Assembly (NCBI GenBank): GCA_009691445.1
Contig: SICL01000002.1
Span: forward strand, 63 to 64,062
Direction: 5' to 3'
From: Candidatus Taenariivivens baikalensis
Lineage (GTDB): Bacteria; Omnitrophota; Omnitrophia; Omnitrophales; Aquincolibacteriaceae
Length of the DNA stretch: 64,000 nt
Within the stretch, counting starts at the first letter, position 1. The number at the start of each line of letters is the position of its first letter. Below the pieces are notes generated by a model. The model did no database searches. It was not told the origin of the DNA and saw nothing but the letters and a program-made list of their open reading frames with translations. The translations under genes and the position numbers were made by a program. Of this stretch, positions 1 through 8,214 are shown one piece after another.

Positions 1-424
1 TGATGCCAAAACGTTTTCCCGCATCCATATCAGAAATTTTATCGCCGATAAAACAAGTCTCCGTCTTATCAAATTCAAGCCCTGAAGTTGCTTCCAGGAA
101 AAGCCCAATTTCTGGCTTGCGGCATTTGCAGCCCGCGCTTTTTCCGTGGTGGCAGTAATGAGACGAACGGAAGCGAATCTTATTTTGGCGGAAGACCTCG
201 ATCATGTTCCGGTCGATTCTTTCGAGTTCGGACGCGGGATAAATCGAGTCTCCCACTCCGGCCTGATTTGAAATCACAATAATTTCGTATCCGGCATCCG
301 AAAGGCTCTTCAGACCATCCAGAGCACCCTCTTCAAAGCGAAAATCTTCCCAGCGTTTAATGTAATCCCCAATTGGATCCACATTAATAACACCGTCTCG
401 GTCCACAAAAATAATTTTTTCCAT
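1..424 (-). CDS. gmhB: D-glycero-D-manno-heptose 1,7-bisphosphate phosphatase (HAD family), C-terminus truncated at window start
   Basis: Reverse translation from ATG at complement(422-424) gives MEKIIFVDRDGVINVDPIGDYIKRWEDFRFEEGALDGLKSLSDAGYEIIVISNQAGV..., the classic GmhB/HAD-IIIA DxDGV motif and GmhB-like body. The frame stays open to position 1. Confidence 0.8.
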   Translation of the reverse strand, partial: MEKIIFVDRDGVINVDPIGDYIKRWEDFRFEEGALDGLKSLSDAGYEIIVISNQAGVGDSIYPASELERIDRNMIEVFRQNKIRFRSSHYCHHGKSAGCKCRKPEIGLFLEATSGLEFDKTETCFIGDKISDMDAGKRFGI

Positions 425-434
425 ATTCTTTGAT

Positions 435-493
435 GAGATTGCTTCGTCGGATGACCTCATCGCAATGACGTCATTGCGAGCAAGGCGATCTCG
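435..493. repeat. Intergenic palindromic repeat element, copy A. Perfect 20-bp palindrome TCGCAATGACGTCATTGCGA at 460-479, preceded by GAGATTGCTTCG.
   Basis: Read directly in sequence. It shares a GTCATTGCGAG core and GAGATTGC arm with copies at ~2456-2520, 3997-4110, 7697-7782 and 63100-63220. Confidence 0.6.
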
Positions 494-497
494 TTTT

Positions 498-1646
498 TTA
501 GTGAGGCTTATAAAATTTTTGAATATGATCACAGACCTGATTAACCTCTTCGAAGGTCATTTCCGGAAAAAGAGGCAGAGAAACGATTTCACGCGTGGTT
601 TGAAGGGTCGCGGGAAGATCCCAGGATTTTTTGCTTTGTTTCCGGTAAAAAGGTTGAAGATGAACCGGAGTTTTGTAGTGCACGAGTGTGGTCACACCCT
701 GCCGGCTGAGGTAATCTCGGAGCGTCTCGCGTTTTCCTTGAGGAATTCTTGCGACCATCAGGTGATAAGCTGACCCGGCATCAGAAACTTCTTCCGGGAA
801 AATCACGGGAGTATTTTTCAGATTTTTCCGGTAATGCTGTGCCAGCTCATAACGCTTGCGGTTAAAATCATCCAGATGCTTGAGTTTAATCTCTAGAACG
901 CAAGCTTGGAGTTCATCTAGTCGACTGGTCCATCCGAGTTCTGAATGATCCGCATGAAAACTAATATGGCCTAAGTTACGCAAAGTAAGGATTTTTTTTG
1001 CCAGGGTCGCGGAGTTTGTTACGACCATTCCTCCGTCGCCGTAAGCTCCAAGATTTTTTGTCGGATAAAAACTGAAACATCCAAAATCACCAAAGGTGCC
1101 GGCCTTTTTACCCTTCCAGGACGCACCGTGAGCCTGAGCGACGTCTTCGACAACTTTCAGTTTATGTTTGCGGGCAATTTTCATAATGGCCGTCATGTTG
1201 GCGGCTTGTCCGTATAAGTGAACCGGAAGAATAGCCTTAGTTTTTGGGGTGATAGCCTTTTCGATCAGATCGGGATTGATGCAAAATGTTTTCGGATCAA
1301 TATCCACAAAAACAGGTTCCGCACCGTGATGCATAAACCCAAATACAGAGGCCGTGTAAGTATAAGAAGGAACAATGACCTGATCCCCTTTTCCGATGCC
1401 GAGTGCACGGAAGGCTAGGATGAGAGCGTCGGTTCCCGATGCGACGCCAATCGCATGTTTGACGCCGAGATATTTCGCGAAAGACTTCTCAAAGGTCTGA
1501 ACTTTTGAACCAAGAACGAACTGGCCAGATTCAAGCACACCATTAATTTCCTGGCGGATCTCTTTTTCAAGAGAACGGAATTGGCGCTTGAGATCAAAAT
1601 AAGGAATTTGGGTGGAGGATTGATTCAGGGCCAGCGACTTGATCAT
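498..1646 (-). CDS. DegT/DnrJ/EryC1/StrS-family PLP-dependent sugar aminotransferase
   Basis: 382-aa ORF. Motifs GVASGTDAL, SFYPTKNLGAYGDGG and the overall DegT architecture are present. It is tightly spaced with the downstream GT2. Confidence 0.85.
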   Translation of the reverse strand: MIKSLALNQSSTQIPYFDLKRQFRSLEKEIRQEINGVLESGQFVLGSKVQTFEKSFAKYLGVKHAIGVASGTDALILAFRALGIGKGDQVIVPSYTYTASVFGFMHHGAEPVFVDIDPKTFCINPDLIEKAITPKTKAILPVHLYGQAANMTAIMKIARKHKLKVVEDVAQAHGASWKGKKAGTFGDFGCFSFYPTKNLGAYGDGGMVVTNSATLAKKILTLRNLGHISFHADHSELGWTSRLDELQACVLEIKLKHLDDFNRKRYELAQHYRKNLKNTPVIFPEEVSDAGSAYHLMVARIPQGKRETLRDYLSRQGVTTLVHYKTPVHLQPFYRKQSKKSWDLPATLQTTREIVSLPLFPEMTFEEVNQVCDHIQKFYKPH

Positions 1647-1649
1647 GGA

Positions 1650-2414
1650 TTATAATTTGACGAGACGCCGTTTCATTTCGCGGTACTTTGCGTAGCTAAA
1701 GAGCTGATAAAGACCGTGAAAGGCCGACATGAGAAATCCCATGAAGCCATGCTTCCATCCCTTTTTAAGGAAATAGTTTTTCAGGAACCGGTCTACGGTT
1801 TTTCTGAGTGAGTTAGCCAGTTTCACCTTGCGTCCGTCTTGAATCCACTTGTCCGCTTCGAGCGTGGTTTCCCGGTTAAATTTTGAAATCCAGTGTTCTA
1901 AACTCTGGCAAGAGTAGTGAAAAATGTCCCCTTTGAGATGTCCACAGGTTCCTTGATAAATTGCGCGCGGATGGACGCGGGCTTCTTCGTAACGAAACTG
2001 TCCTTTGCGAAACAGGCGAGTTTTGGCTGCCGGATAATAACCAGCTCCCTGAATCCATTCGTCGGCAATGAAAGTCCTGATAGGGATAGAGAAGCAAATA
2101 TGGGTGGTACTTCCGGTAATGGTTTGCGTAATTTCCCTGGCAAGTTCGGGAGTGATACGTTCATCGGCATCGAGACTCAAAACCCAGGGTTGGGTGGCCT
2201 GGTCATAGGCATAATTTCTCTGGCGGCCTTCGATATCCATCGCGCGTTGGAAGACTTTGCATCCGTACTGGTTTGCAATTTCACGGGTCTTATCGGTGCT
2301 CATATCGTCGAGGACAACAATTTCCTGGGCCCAACTTGCAGACTTCAAACAGTCTTCAATTCGCTTTTCTTCATTCTTGGCAATAATCACTACAGAGACA
2401 GGTGCTTTTTCCAT
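1650..2414 (-). CDS. Family 2 glycosyltransferase (LPS-core type, WaaE/KdtX-like)
   Basis: 254 aa. N-terminal VSVVIIAKNEEKRIEDCL...VVLDDMSTDKT motif is the GT2 DxD region. It is a paralog of the ORF at 11260-11997. Confidence 0.8.
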   Translation of the reverse strand: MEKAPVSVVIIAKNEEKRIEDCLKSASWAQEIVVLDDMSTDKTREIANQYGCKVFQRAMDIEGRQRNYAYDQATQPWVLSLDADERITPELAREITQTITGSTTHICFSIPIRTFIADEWIQGAGYYPAAKTRLFRKGQFRYEEARVHPRAIYQGTCGHLKGDIFHYSCQSLEHWISKFNRETTLEADKWIQDGRKVKLANSLRKTVDRFLKNYFLKKGWKHGFMGFLMSAFHGLYQLFSYAKYREMKRRLVKL

Positions 2415-2455
2415 AAATTCCTTGGTTGAAGAGGCTTAGAGCGTCTAGCAAAACG

Positions 2456-2520
2456 GTCATCGCAAGCTCCACAGGGCGCGACGATCTCGGGGATTGCTTC
2501 CGCGCTTCACTCGCAATGAC
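2456..2520. repeat. Intergenic palindromic repeat element, copy B (GTCATCGCAAG ... GATCTCGGGGATTGCTTCCG ... CTCGCAATGAC)
   Basis: Imperfect inverted repeat sharing core with copy A. It lies in the 149-bp gap between the GT2 and the sugar phosphotransferase. Confidence 0.5.
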
Positions 2521-2563
2521 AGGATTTTATTAGGTGCCGTAGTTTAATCGATTTTTCTGGATT

Positions 2564-3961
2564 TTAATAGGCATTTTTGAAGGCGAAGAGTGTCATGAAG
2601 AGGATTTCGATATCAAGGACGATCGACCAGTTCTCCATATAATAAAGATCATACTTAATGCGTTCTTCAATGGAGGTGTTGCCGCGATAGCCATTGACCT
2701 GGGCCCAGCCTGTAAGTCCTGATTTGATTTTATGACGGGCCATGTACCGCGGAATTTCGGTGCGAAACTGGTCAATAAAATGCGGACGTTCTGGGCGTGG
2801 TCCGACAAGACTCATATCGCCGTTTAAAACATTAAAGAGTTGCGGCAGTTCATCAATATTCCACCGGCGGAGAAAAGTTCCCATCGAAGTGCGCCGGGTA
2901 TCATCCTTTTTGGCCCAGACCGGCCCGGTTTCCTTTTCCGCATCCATTTTCATGGTGCGAAATTTGATGACTTTGAAAATTTTTTGATCTCTCCCCATTC
3001 TTTCCTGAAAATAAAAAATAGGACCTCCATCCTGAAGCTTAATCAACGCCGTGGTGATGATCCAGATGGGAGACGTGACGAGGAGCATGAAGGATGAAAC
3101 CAGCAGATCAAAAGTTCTCTTGATCACTCGATTCCAGGGGTCGTCCAGAGGCAATTCATTGAATCCAAGCAAGGGAACCGTACTCATATAGGTCACATCC
3201 ACATTCCGTGACATGAGTCCGTAAATGTCCGCACCGATTTTAAAATCAATAAAACGATCTTCGCAAAGAGCGACCAAATCTGCAATTTTTTCCCGGGAAA
3301 GAGTATGGTCCAGCAAAATAACTTCTTGAGGCTGGAGATCTTGAATAAAAGTTTCGCAATGAGGAATGGTTCCAAGAATAGGAATCTCATCCAAATGCTT
3401 TCCGAGATCTTCCACATCCTGAGTCAAAACTCCGATGACTTTTCGGCCGTAGTGTTTATTCGTGTGTGCCCACTCAATGATGTGGCGGGCATTTCGGTTG
3501 GAGCCAATCAGCAGGACGCGGCAGATATCCTTCTGTTGGAGTTTTCGCTGATATTCATACTGGATGAGAAGATAGCGGCCCAAACTCACATAAAGGATGG
3601 AAAAAACCCACAAGGTGATTAGGTAAATTCGGGAGTAAGTTAGCTCACGGTAAAAAAAAGTAACGGCCATTAAAATAATCACAGCAAATGTGACTGCCTT
3701 CACGACTTGAAAAATTTCTTCCACACGGCGTCTTTGATGTTTTTGGGAGTAGAGGCCATAGATGCGGAAAAACCATAAATAGACGGGAATAATGACAACA
3801 AGAGCTTGAAGATAGATTTTCAGGTCCGGGGGGGTTCCGTGGAGCGGAAGAATGCCAAGGTAAAACCGGAAATGATAGGTCGACACAAGGCTGGCGGCAA
3901 TGGCCAGAGAGTCCATCAAGAGACAGAGAAGTGAGAAAAGACGATGTTTATGAGACAACAT
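2564..3961 (-). CDS. Undecaprenyl-phosphate hexose-1-phosphate transferase (bacterial sugar transferase, WbaP/WcaJ-type initiating enzyme)
   Basis: 465 aa. N-terminal TM segments plus C-terminal Bac_transf domain ([17 protein letters not shown]..., [27 protein letters not shown]). Confidence 0.9.
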   Translation of the reverse strand: MLSHKHRLFSLLCLLMDSLAIAASLVSTYHFRFYLGILPLHGTPPDLKIYLQALVVIIPVYLWFFRIYGLYSQKHQRRRVEEIFQVVKAVTFAVIILMAVTFFYRELTYSRIYLITLWVFSILYVSLGRYLLIQYEYQRKLQQKDICRVLLIGSNRNARHIIEWAHTNKHYGRKVIGVLTQDVEDLGKHLDEIPILGTIPHCETFIQDLQPQEVILLDHTLSREKIADLVALCEDRFIDFKIGADIYGLMSRNVDVTYMSTVPLLGFNELPLDDPWNRVIKRTFDLLVSSFMLLVTSPIWIITTALIKLQDGGPIFYFQERMGRDQKIFKVIKFRTMKMDAEKETGPVWAKKDDTRRTSMGTFLRRWNIDELPQLFNVLNGDMSLVGPRPERPHFIDQFRTEIPRYMARHKIKSGLTGWAQVNGYRGNTSIEERIKYDLYYMENWSIVLDIEILFMTLFAFKNAY

Positions 3962-3996
3962 AAGTTTAATTGACCGTTAGCAAAATTTGAATGGTA

Positions 3997-4110
3997 GAGA
4001 TTGCTTACGGATCCCCGCCTCTGGCGGAGTCGCCAATCCCTTTGGACTGCTCTCAATGACTGTCATTGCGAGTCCTTCGTCTGTCATCCTGGGCAGAGCG
4101 AAGGATCTCA
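3997..4110. repeat. Intergenic palindromic repeat element, copy C (GAGATTGCTTACGG ... CAATGACTGTCATTGCGAG ... CGAAGGATCTC)
   Basis: Same core and arm motifs as copies A/B. It lies in the 146-bp gap upstream of the phosphotransferase. Confidence 0.5.
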
Positions 4111-5199
4111 GGATAAACTCCGCGAAGCCATCTCGTTTGTGACACACTCTTTGATTCGTTGTTTAAAGAATTCTTTGCTAAAGGATTCTACCTGAGATGG
4201 GATCTGGGTTCGATCAAAATTTTCACCTTCGAATTCCAGGATGGCTTTACGTAAAGCTTCTTTGGTTTGACCGGAGAAAAAAAGACCGGTTTTCACGCTT
4301 TCTAAAGCCCCGCCCTCTTTCAGAGCAATCACCGGAGTGCCGCAGGCCTGGGCCTCAAGCGGTACAATCCCGAAATCCTCATTGGTTGGGAAAATAAGCG
4401 CCTTAGCCTGCGAATAGATTTTAGAAAGCTCTTGATTAGAGACCGAGCCAAGAAATGAAATGCGGTCGGTCTTGCGCAGCTGCTTGTACCTTTTCTCCAT
4501 CGGGCCGGAACCCACGATTAAAAGTTTTCGATCAAGGGCATTAAAGGTCTCAATAACAAGATCAACTTTCTTATAAGGAACGAACGCTGAAACGACTAAA
4601 TAGAAATCGCCATCGTGAGGACCTGCTTGATAGGCATTCGTATCAAGCGGAGGATGAATGACCTTGGCTTCCCGTCCGTAGAAATTCTTAATACGGGAAC
4701 GCACGTTCTCTGAATTTGCAATAAACAAACTCACCTTTTTATTGGATTCCAGATCCCAGATTCGAAGCGGCCTAAGGAGGAGTTTGATGAACGGTTTGAT
4801 CCAAAAGGGAAAATTTCCGAAATAATCCTTTTCAAATCCCCAAAGATAACGCATCGGCGTGTGAATATACGAAACGTGAAAAGCCTTGGGTGGAATACGA
4901 ATCCCTTTGGCAACGCAGTGAGAGGATGAGAGCACGAGATCCGTGTCCGGGTCGATTTCAATTTTTTGGATCATGGCCGGGAGAATGGGAAGCAGCCAAC
5001 GGTAGAAACGTTTAATCCCAGGAACGCACTGGAGCGGACTTGCTTTAATTTTCATGCGCTGGAGCGGCGGGCTTAGTTTGTCACGGTCATAAAAGAGCGT
5101 ATGAATCACGGCATCGGGATAAAGCTCGGAGAAGGCTTCCAAAACTTTTTCACCGCCGCGCATGTGAAACAGCCAATCGTGGACGAGCGCGATTTTCAT
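4108..5199 (-). CDS. Family 4 glycosyltransferase (GT-B, retaining)
   Basis: 363 aa. C-terminal EX7E-type region (FPTNEDFGIVPLEAQACGTPVIA). 4-bp overlap with the next GT4. Confidence 0.85.
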   Translation of the reverse strand: MKIALVHDWLFHMRGGEKVLEAFSELYPDAVIHTLFYDRDKLSPPLQRMKIKASPLQCVPGIKRFYRWLLPILPAMIQKIEIDPDTDLVLSSSHCVAKGIRIPPKAFHVSYIHTPMRYLWGFEKDYFGNFPFWIKPFIKLLLRPLRIWDLESNKKVSLFIANSENVRSRIKNFYGREAKVIHPPLDTNAYQAGPHDGDFYLVVSAFVPYKKVDLVIETFNALDRKLLIVGSGPMEKRYKQLRKTDRISFLGSVSNQELSKIYSQAKALIFPTNEDFGIVPLEAQACGTPVIALKEGGALESVKTGLFFSGQTKEALRKAILEFEGENFDRTQIPSQVESFSKEFFKQRIKECVTNEMASRSLS

Positions 5200-6308
5200 G
5201 ACCGCCTCAAGACTTTCTCATAAACCGCAAAGGTTTGTTCTGCCGTCTTGTTCCAATGAAATCGGCGCACATTCTCTTTCCCCTTTTCGATGAGCTGTTG
5301 GCGGATAGTTTCTGATCCTTCAATTTCCATGAGAGCGTTCTGGAGCTGAACAGAGTTGGAGGATTCGATCAGATAAGCCCCCTCTCCCGCAACCTCCGGG
5401 ATCGAAGAGTTCCGGCACGCAATCACCGGAGTTTGGCTTGCCATGGCTTCCAGTAACGTAAGGCCAAAGCCTTCGTAAAGTGACGGATGAATCAGGGCCT
5501 TGGCCATTTGGTAGAAAATGGGCAGCTCTGAATACTCCACACGTTCAATGTGATGGAGAAGCCCGCGGGACTTAAGGGAATTTAGAAGCTGGGTCAACTC
5601 CGGGTCTTTAAGATCATCCTTCCCGACAAGAACCAGAGCTGCCTCGGTCTTTTTTTGATCCCGGAGATCTGTAAAGGTGCGGAGAAGCCAGGGAAGATTT
5701 TTGTGAAGTTTGAAGGACCCGACATAAAGAAAAAAAGAATCCGGAAGCCGGTATTTTTCTTTCAAATTTATTTTTTGATCATTGTCAACCAAAACGGAAA
5801 ATCGTTCATCAACACCCTCATAGGTCACGGTGATCTTTCGAGGGTCCGCTTGAAAATAGCGGATAAGATCAGATTGAGTATGTTCGGACACGGTTAAAAT
5901 ATGATCCGAATATTTCACGGCCCGTGCAAGCATCAGGCCGGCATAAAATTCCTGAGTTTTGGAAAGGAAAGATTTGCGGAAAACCCAGTGGATAATGTCA
6001 TGAATGGTTACCACTAATTTAGTTTTTCCTTTAAAAAATGGAATATTGTAATGCGGAGAATGCCAGAGCCGGCACTCAGAAACATTTTTTGAGTACTCCC
6101 ATTGCTCGTTCAGAGAATAGATGGGGGCGCGGAAAGGACGGTGCGCAGGAGCGGCTTGTGTGCAGGGACGCTCAGGAGATTCATACAAGGCGACTTGCAA
6201 GGATTGATCTTTGGCTGATTGAAGCACGCCCGGAAGAATCTGCCGCACATAAGTACCGATGCCTGTGTGCTGAATCATGCGAACATCAATGCCAATATCC
6301 CATTTCAT
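5196..6308 (-). CDS. Family 4 glycosyltransferase
   Basis: 370 aa. SLYEGFGLTLLEAMASQTPVIA motif. ATGA overlap with the upstream GT9 gene. Confidence 0.85.
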   Translation of the reverse strand: MKWDIGIDVRMIQHTGIGTYVRQILPGVLQSAKDQSLQVALYESPERPCTQAAPAHRPFRAPIYSLNEQWEYSKNVSECRLWHSPHYNIPFFKGKTKLVVTIHDIIHWVFRKSFLSKTQEFYAGLMLARAVKYSDHILTVSEHTQSDLIRYFQADPRKITVTYEGVDERFSVLVDNDQKINLKEKYRLPDSFFLYVGSFKLHKNLPWLLRTFTDLRDQKKTEAALVLVGKDDLKDPELTQLLNSLKSRGLLHHIERVEYSELPIFYQMAKALIHPSLYEGFGLTLLEAMASQTPVIACRNSSIPEVAGEGAYLIESSNSVQLQNALMEIEGSETIRQQLIEKGKENVRRFHWNKTAEQTFAVYEKVLRRS

Positions 6309-7480
6309 TTTTTTGCGCCTTGGTTTTGTTCGAGGAGCGCTTGCTCAACGGCTTTGTAAACTTCTTCCGGATCAATTTTGTTCATGCAATCATGATGGAT
6401 CAAAGGACACTCCCTTGATTCGCACGGAGAACACGGAACTGGATGCGTGAGGAGTGTCATGTGATTCGACCAGGGTTTCCAAATGTCCTGATTGTTTGCT
6501 CCGCTGAAAAGGATCACGAGCGGTAATCCCTGGAGCGCCGCCAGGTGGGAAGGACCTGAGTCCTGACCGATAAAGAGATCTGCGTGATTAAGTAAAACCG
6601 GAAGTTCTTCCAGGTTTGTCATTCCCCTCAAGTCGATCATTTCTGATGCTGGAAAGGAAGAAAAATCGGCCGAGGATTTTTCCGCCTGCGTTCCGATCAA
6701 AATTAATTTCCCCAATCGATGCTCCAGGATTTTTTTGATGAGAGAAGAAAAATGTTTATGAGGCCACTGTTTTGAAGGATACCCGGCTCCGGGATGAATC
6801 ACAATCCGTTTCATTCCGGGCTTAAAAAAAGCTGGAGGGATTTTCCCAAGAAGATCTTTTCTCTCTCCCCACGCATAAGAAAAAGAATGTCGATCTGTCG
6901 GGGCCTCGATACCCATGGATTTTAAAAGCTGGAAATTGACTTCCGTTTGATGGGCTTTGAAGTCATATCGAGGAGAATGTGTGAGCCAAAAGCTTCCCCC
7001 GGTGAGACCATAACCGACGCGGATCGGGATGAGAGCCTCTTTCATGAGCCAGATATTTCGAATGTCACCCCGAAAGTCAATGGCAAGATCATAGTGGTTT
7101 CTTCGCAGTTGATTTAGGATTTGTTTTGCTTCTCGCCACATCTCCCCGGAACCTGATTTCGAGAACCAATGATGGACAAAGGGAATGGTGCGGTGAATGC
7201 CGGTAATCTTTTGTCCAAGGCTGGCGCATTCGGCGGCGACTAGCAAATCAACCGTTGAGTCAGGAAAGGATTTTTTGACCAGGGATAGGGCGGGAGCTGT
7301 CAGAAGAAGATCTCCCAGCTGATCGTTACGAATCAGGAGGATATTTTTAATTTTTTTTGGATCAAACCTTCTCGGTTGAAAGAAGAGGCGTCCGTATATC
7401 AAAGATCCCGCAAGATCAAAAAGGAAAACACCCAGACGGCGATACCACGCCTTGTAGCGATACTGCGAAAACCATTTCAC
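6305..7480 (-). CDS. Family 9 glycosyltransferase (ADP-heptose:LPS heptosyltransferase-like)
   Basis: 391 aa. N-terminal ILLIRNDQLGDLLLTAPAL motif is typical of RfaC/RfaF heptosyltransferases. Co-occurs with gmhB in the window. Confidence 0.8.
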   Translation of the reverse strand: MKWFSQYRYKAWYRRLGVFLFDLAGSLIYGRLFFQPRRFDPKKIKNILLIRNDQLGDLLLTAPALSLVKKSFPDSTVDLLVAAECASLGQKITGIHRTIPFVHHWFSKSGSGEMWREAKQILNQLRRNHYDLAIDFRGDIRNIWLMKEALIPIRVGYGLTGGSFWLTHSPRYDFKAHQTEVNFQLLKSMGIEAPTDRHSFSYAWGERKDLLGKIPPAFFKPGMKRIVIHPGAGYPSKQWPHKHFSSLIKKILEHRLGKLILIGTQAEKSSADFSSFPASEMIDLRGMTNLEELPVLLNHADLFIGQDSGPSHLAALQGLPLVILFSGANNQDIWKPWSNHMTLLTHPVPCSPCESRECPLIHHDCMNKIDPEEVYKAVEQALLEQNQGAKK

Positions 7481-7516
7481 GAATCTTTCTCCCCCTTCGT
7501 TGGAGGAGGTATTCTA

Positions 7517-7675
7517 TCAGAAGAGCGTATAAATGAAAGGCGCGACCGGGGTGCTTTGGGTCAAGACGATCAGGATCCCTAGGAGCAGGAAAACGATTAC
7601 GATCGGGGTGAGCCACCACTTTTTACGGATTTTGAGGAAATCCCAGAATTCTTTCAGGATGGATAGTTTGCCCAT
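7517..7675 (-). CDS. Small single-TM protein, SxtK/DUF5989-like (carbamoyltransferase-associated)
   Basis: The ORF track gives 80 aa. The likely true start is MGKLSILKEFWDFLKIRKKWWLTPIVIVFLLLGILIVL... (about 52 aa). Size, the charged N-terminus followed by one TM helix, and position after an SxtJ-like gene and a carbamoyltransferase fit the sxtI-J-K arrangement. Confidence 0.55.
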   Translation of the reverse strand: MGKLSILKEFWDFLKIRKKWWLTPIVIVFLLLGILIVLTQSTPVAPFIYTLF

Positions 7676-7696
7676 ATTTTCTCTTCTCCTTATCAA

Positions 7697-7782
7697 GTCA
7701 TTGCGCGGGAACAAAGCGACCGAAGCAATCTCACAGTTTGAGATTGCCACGCCCGTCAAAAAGCAGACGGACTCGCAACGAC
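7697..7782. repeat. Intergenic palindromic repeat element, copy D (GTCATTGCGCGG ... CGAAGCAATCTC-acagttt-GAGATTGC hairpin ... ACTCGCAACGAC)
   Basis: Stem GCAATCTC/GAGATTGC with a 7-nt loop read directly. It shares motifs with copies A-C and E. Confidence 0.55.
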
Positions 7783-7795
7783 TAATACTATTTCG

Positions 7796-8212
7796 TTAAT
7801 ATTGAGTTTCGCAGCTTTTTTGAGGATCTTTCTTTGGCTTCGGGATCCAATAACTATCCGTGGGCTTTTTGAATTTAAAATCCAAAAACTCTTTCCCGGT
7901 TAAACGGGCAATCATAGCTATCGGTGTGATTCCTGAAAAGTAAAGTAGGCCCAGGACAGCAGGAGCAACGACTGCACCGAGAAGGAGGCCAAAGGCCATC
8001 CAGGCGATATAGATTTGTTTTAAAGATTTTGGAAGAAGCAGACCGAGTAAGACCAAAGGAACTCCGATGCCAAAGAAGACGGGAAAATGCGGTTTTCCAC
8101 GCCAAAGCATCAGGGCTCCAAGCGCCATAAAAATCCCACCGACCATCCAGCCGAAGGTTTTAAGTTCCTTCTCTCCGCTTTTAATCTGTTTGATTTCTTC
8201 AAGTAGTTTCAT
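7796..8212 (-). CDS. SxtJ-like membrane protein (carbamoyltransferase-associated)
   Basis: 138 aa with two to three hydrophobic segments. It sits immediately downstream of the carbamoyltransferase in the same orientation, as in sxtI-sxtJ-sxtK. Confidence 0.5.
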   Translation of the reverse strand: MKLLEEIKQIKSGEKELKTFGWMVGGIFMALGALMLWRGKPHFPVFFGIGVPLVLLGLLLPKSLKQIYIAWMAFGLLLGAVVAPAVLGLLYFSGITPIAMIARLTGKEFLDFKFKKPTDSYWIPKPKKDPQKSCETQY

Positions 8213-8214
8213 GA

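Noticed and set aside
1917-2429. 170-aa plus-strand ORF antisense to the GT2 gene. Similar antisense ORFs: 29991-30533, 34428-35141, 13480-13764, 2742-3097 and others.
   Set aside because: They lie entirely inside well-supported genes on the opposite strand, have low-complexity or odd composition, and have no recognisable domain. These are typical shadow ORFs.
7517-7759. Full 80-aa version of the small ORF after the SxtJ-like gene
   Set aside because: The first 28 codons overlap the palindromic repeat element and read as non-protein-like (MTGVAISNCEIASVALFPRN...). An internal Met gives a 52-aa protein of SxtK-like size, so the start was trimmed to 7675.
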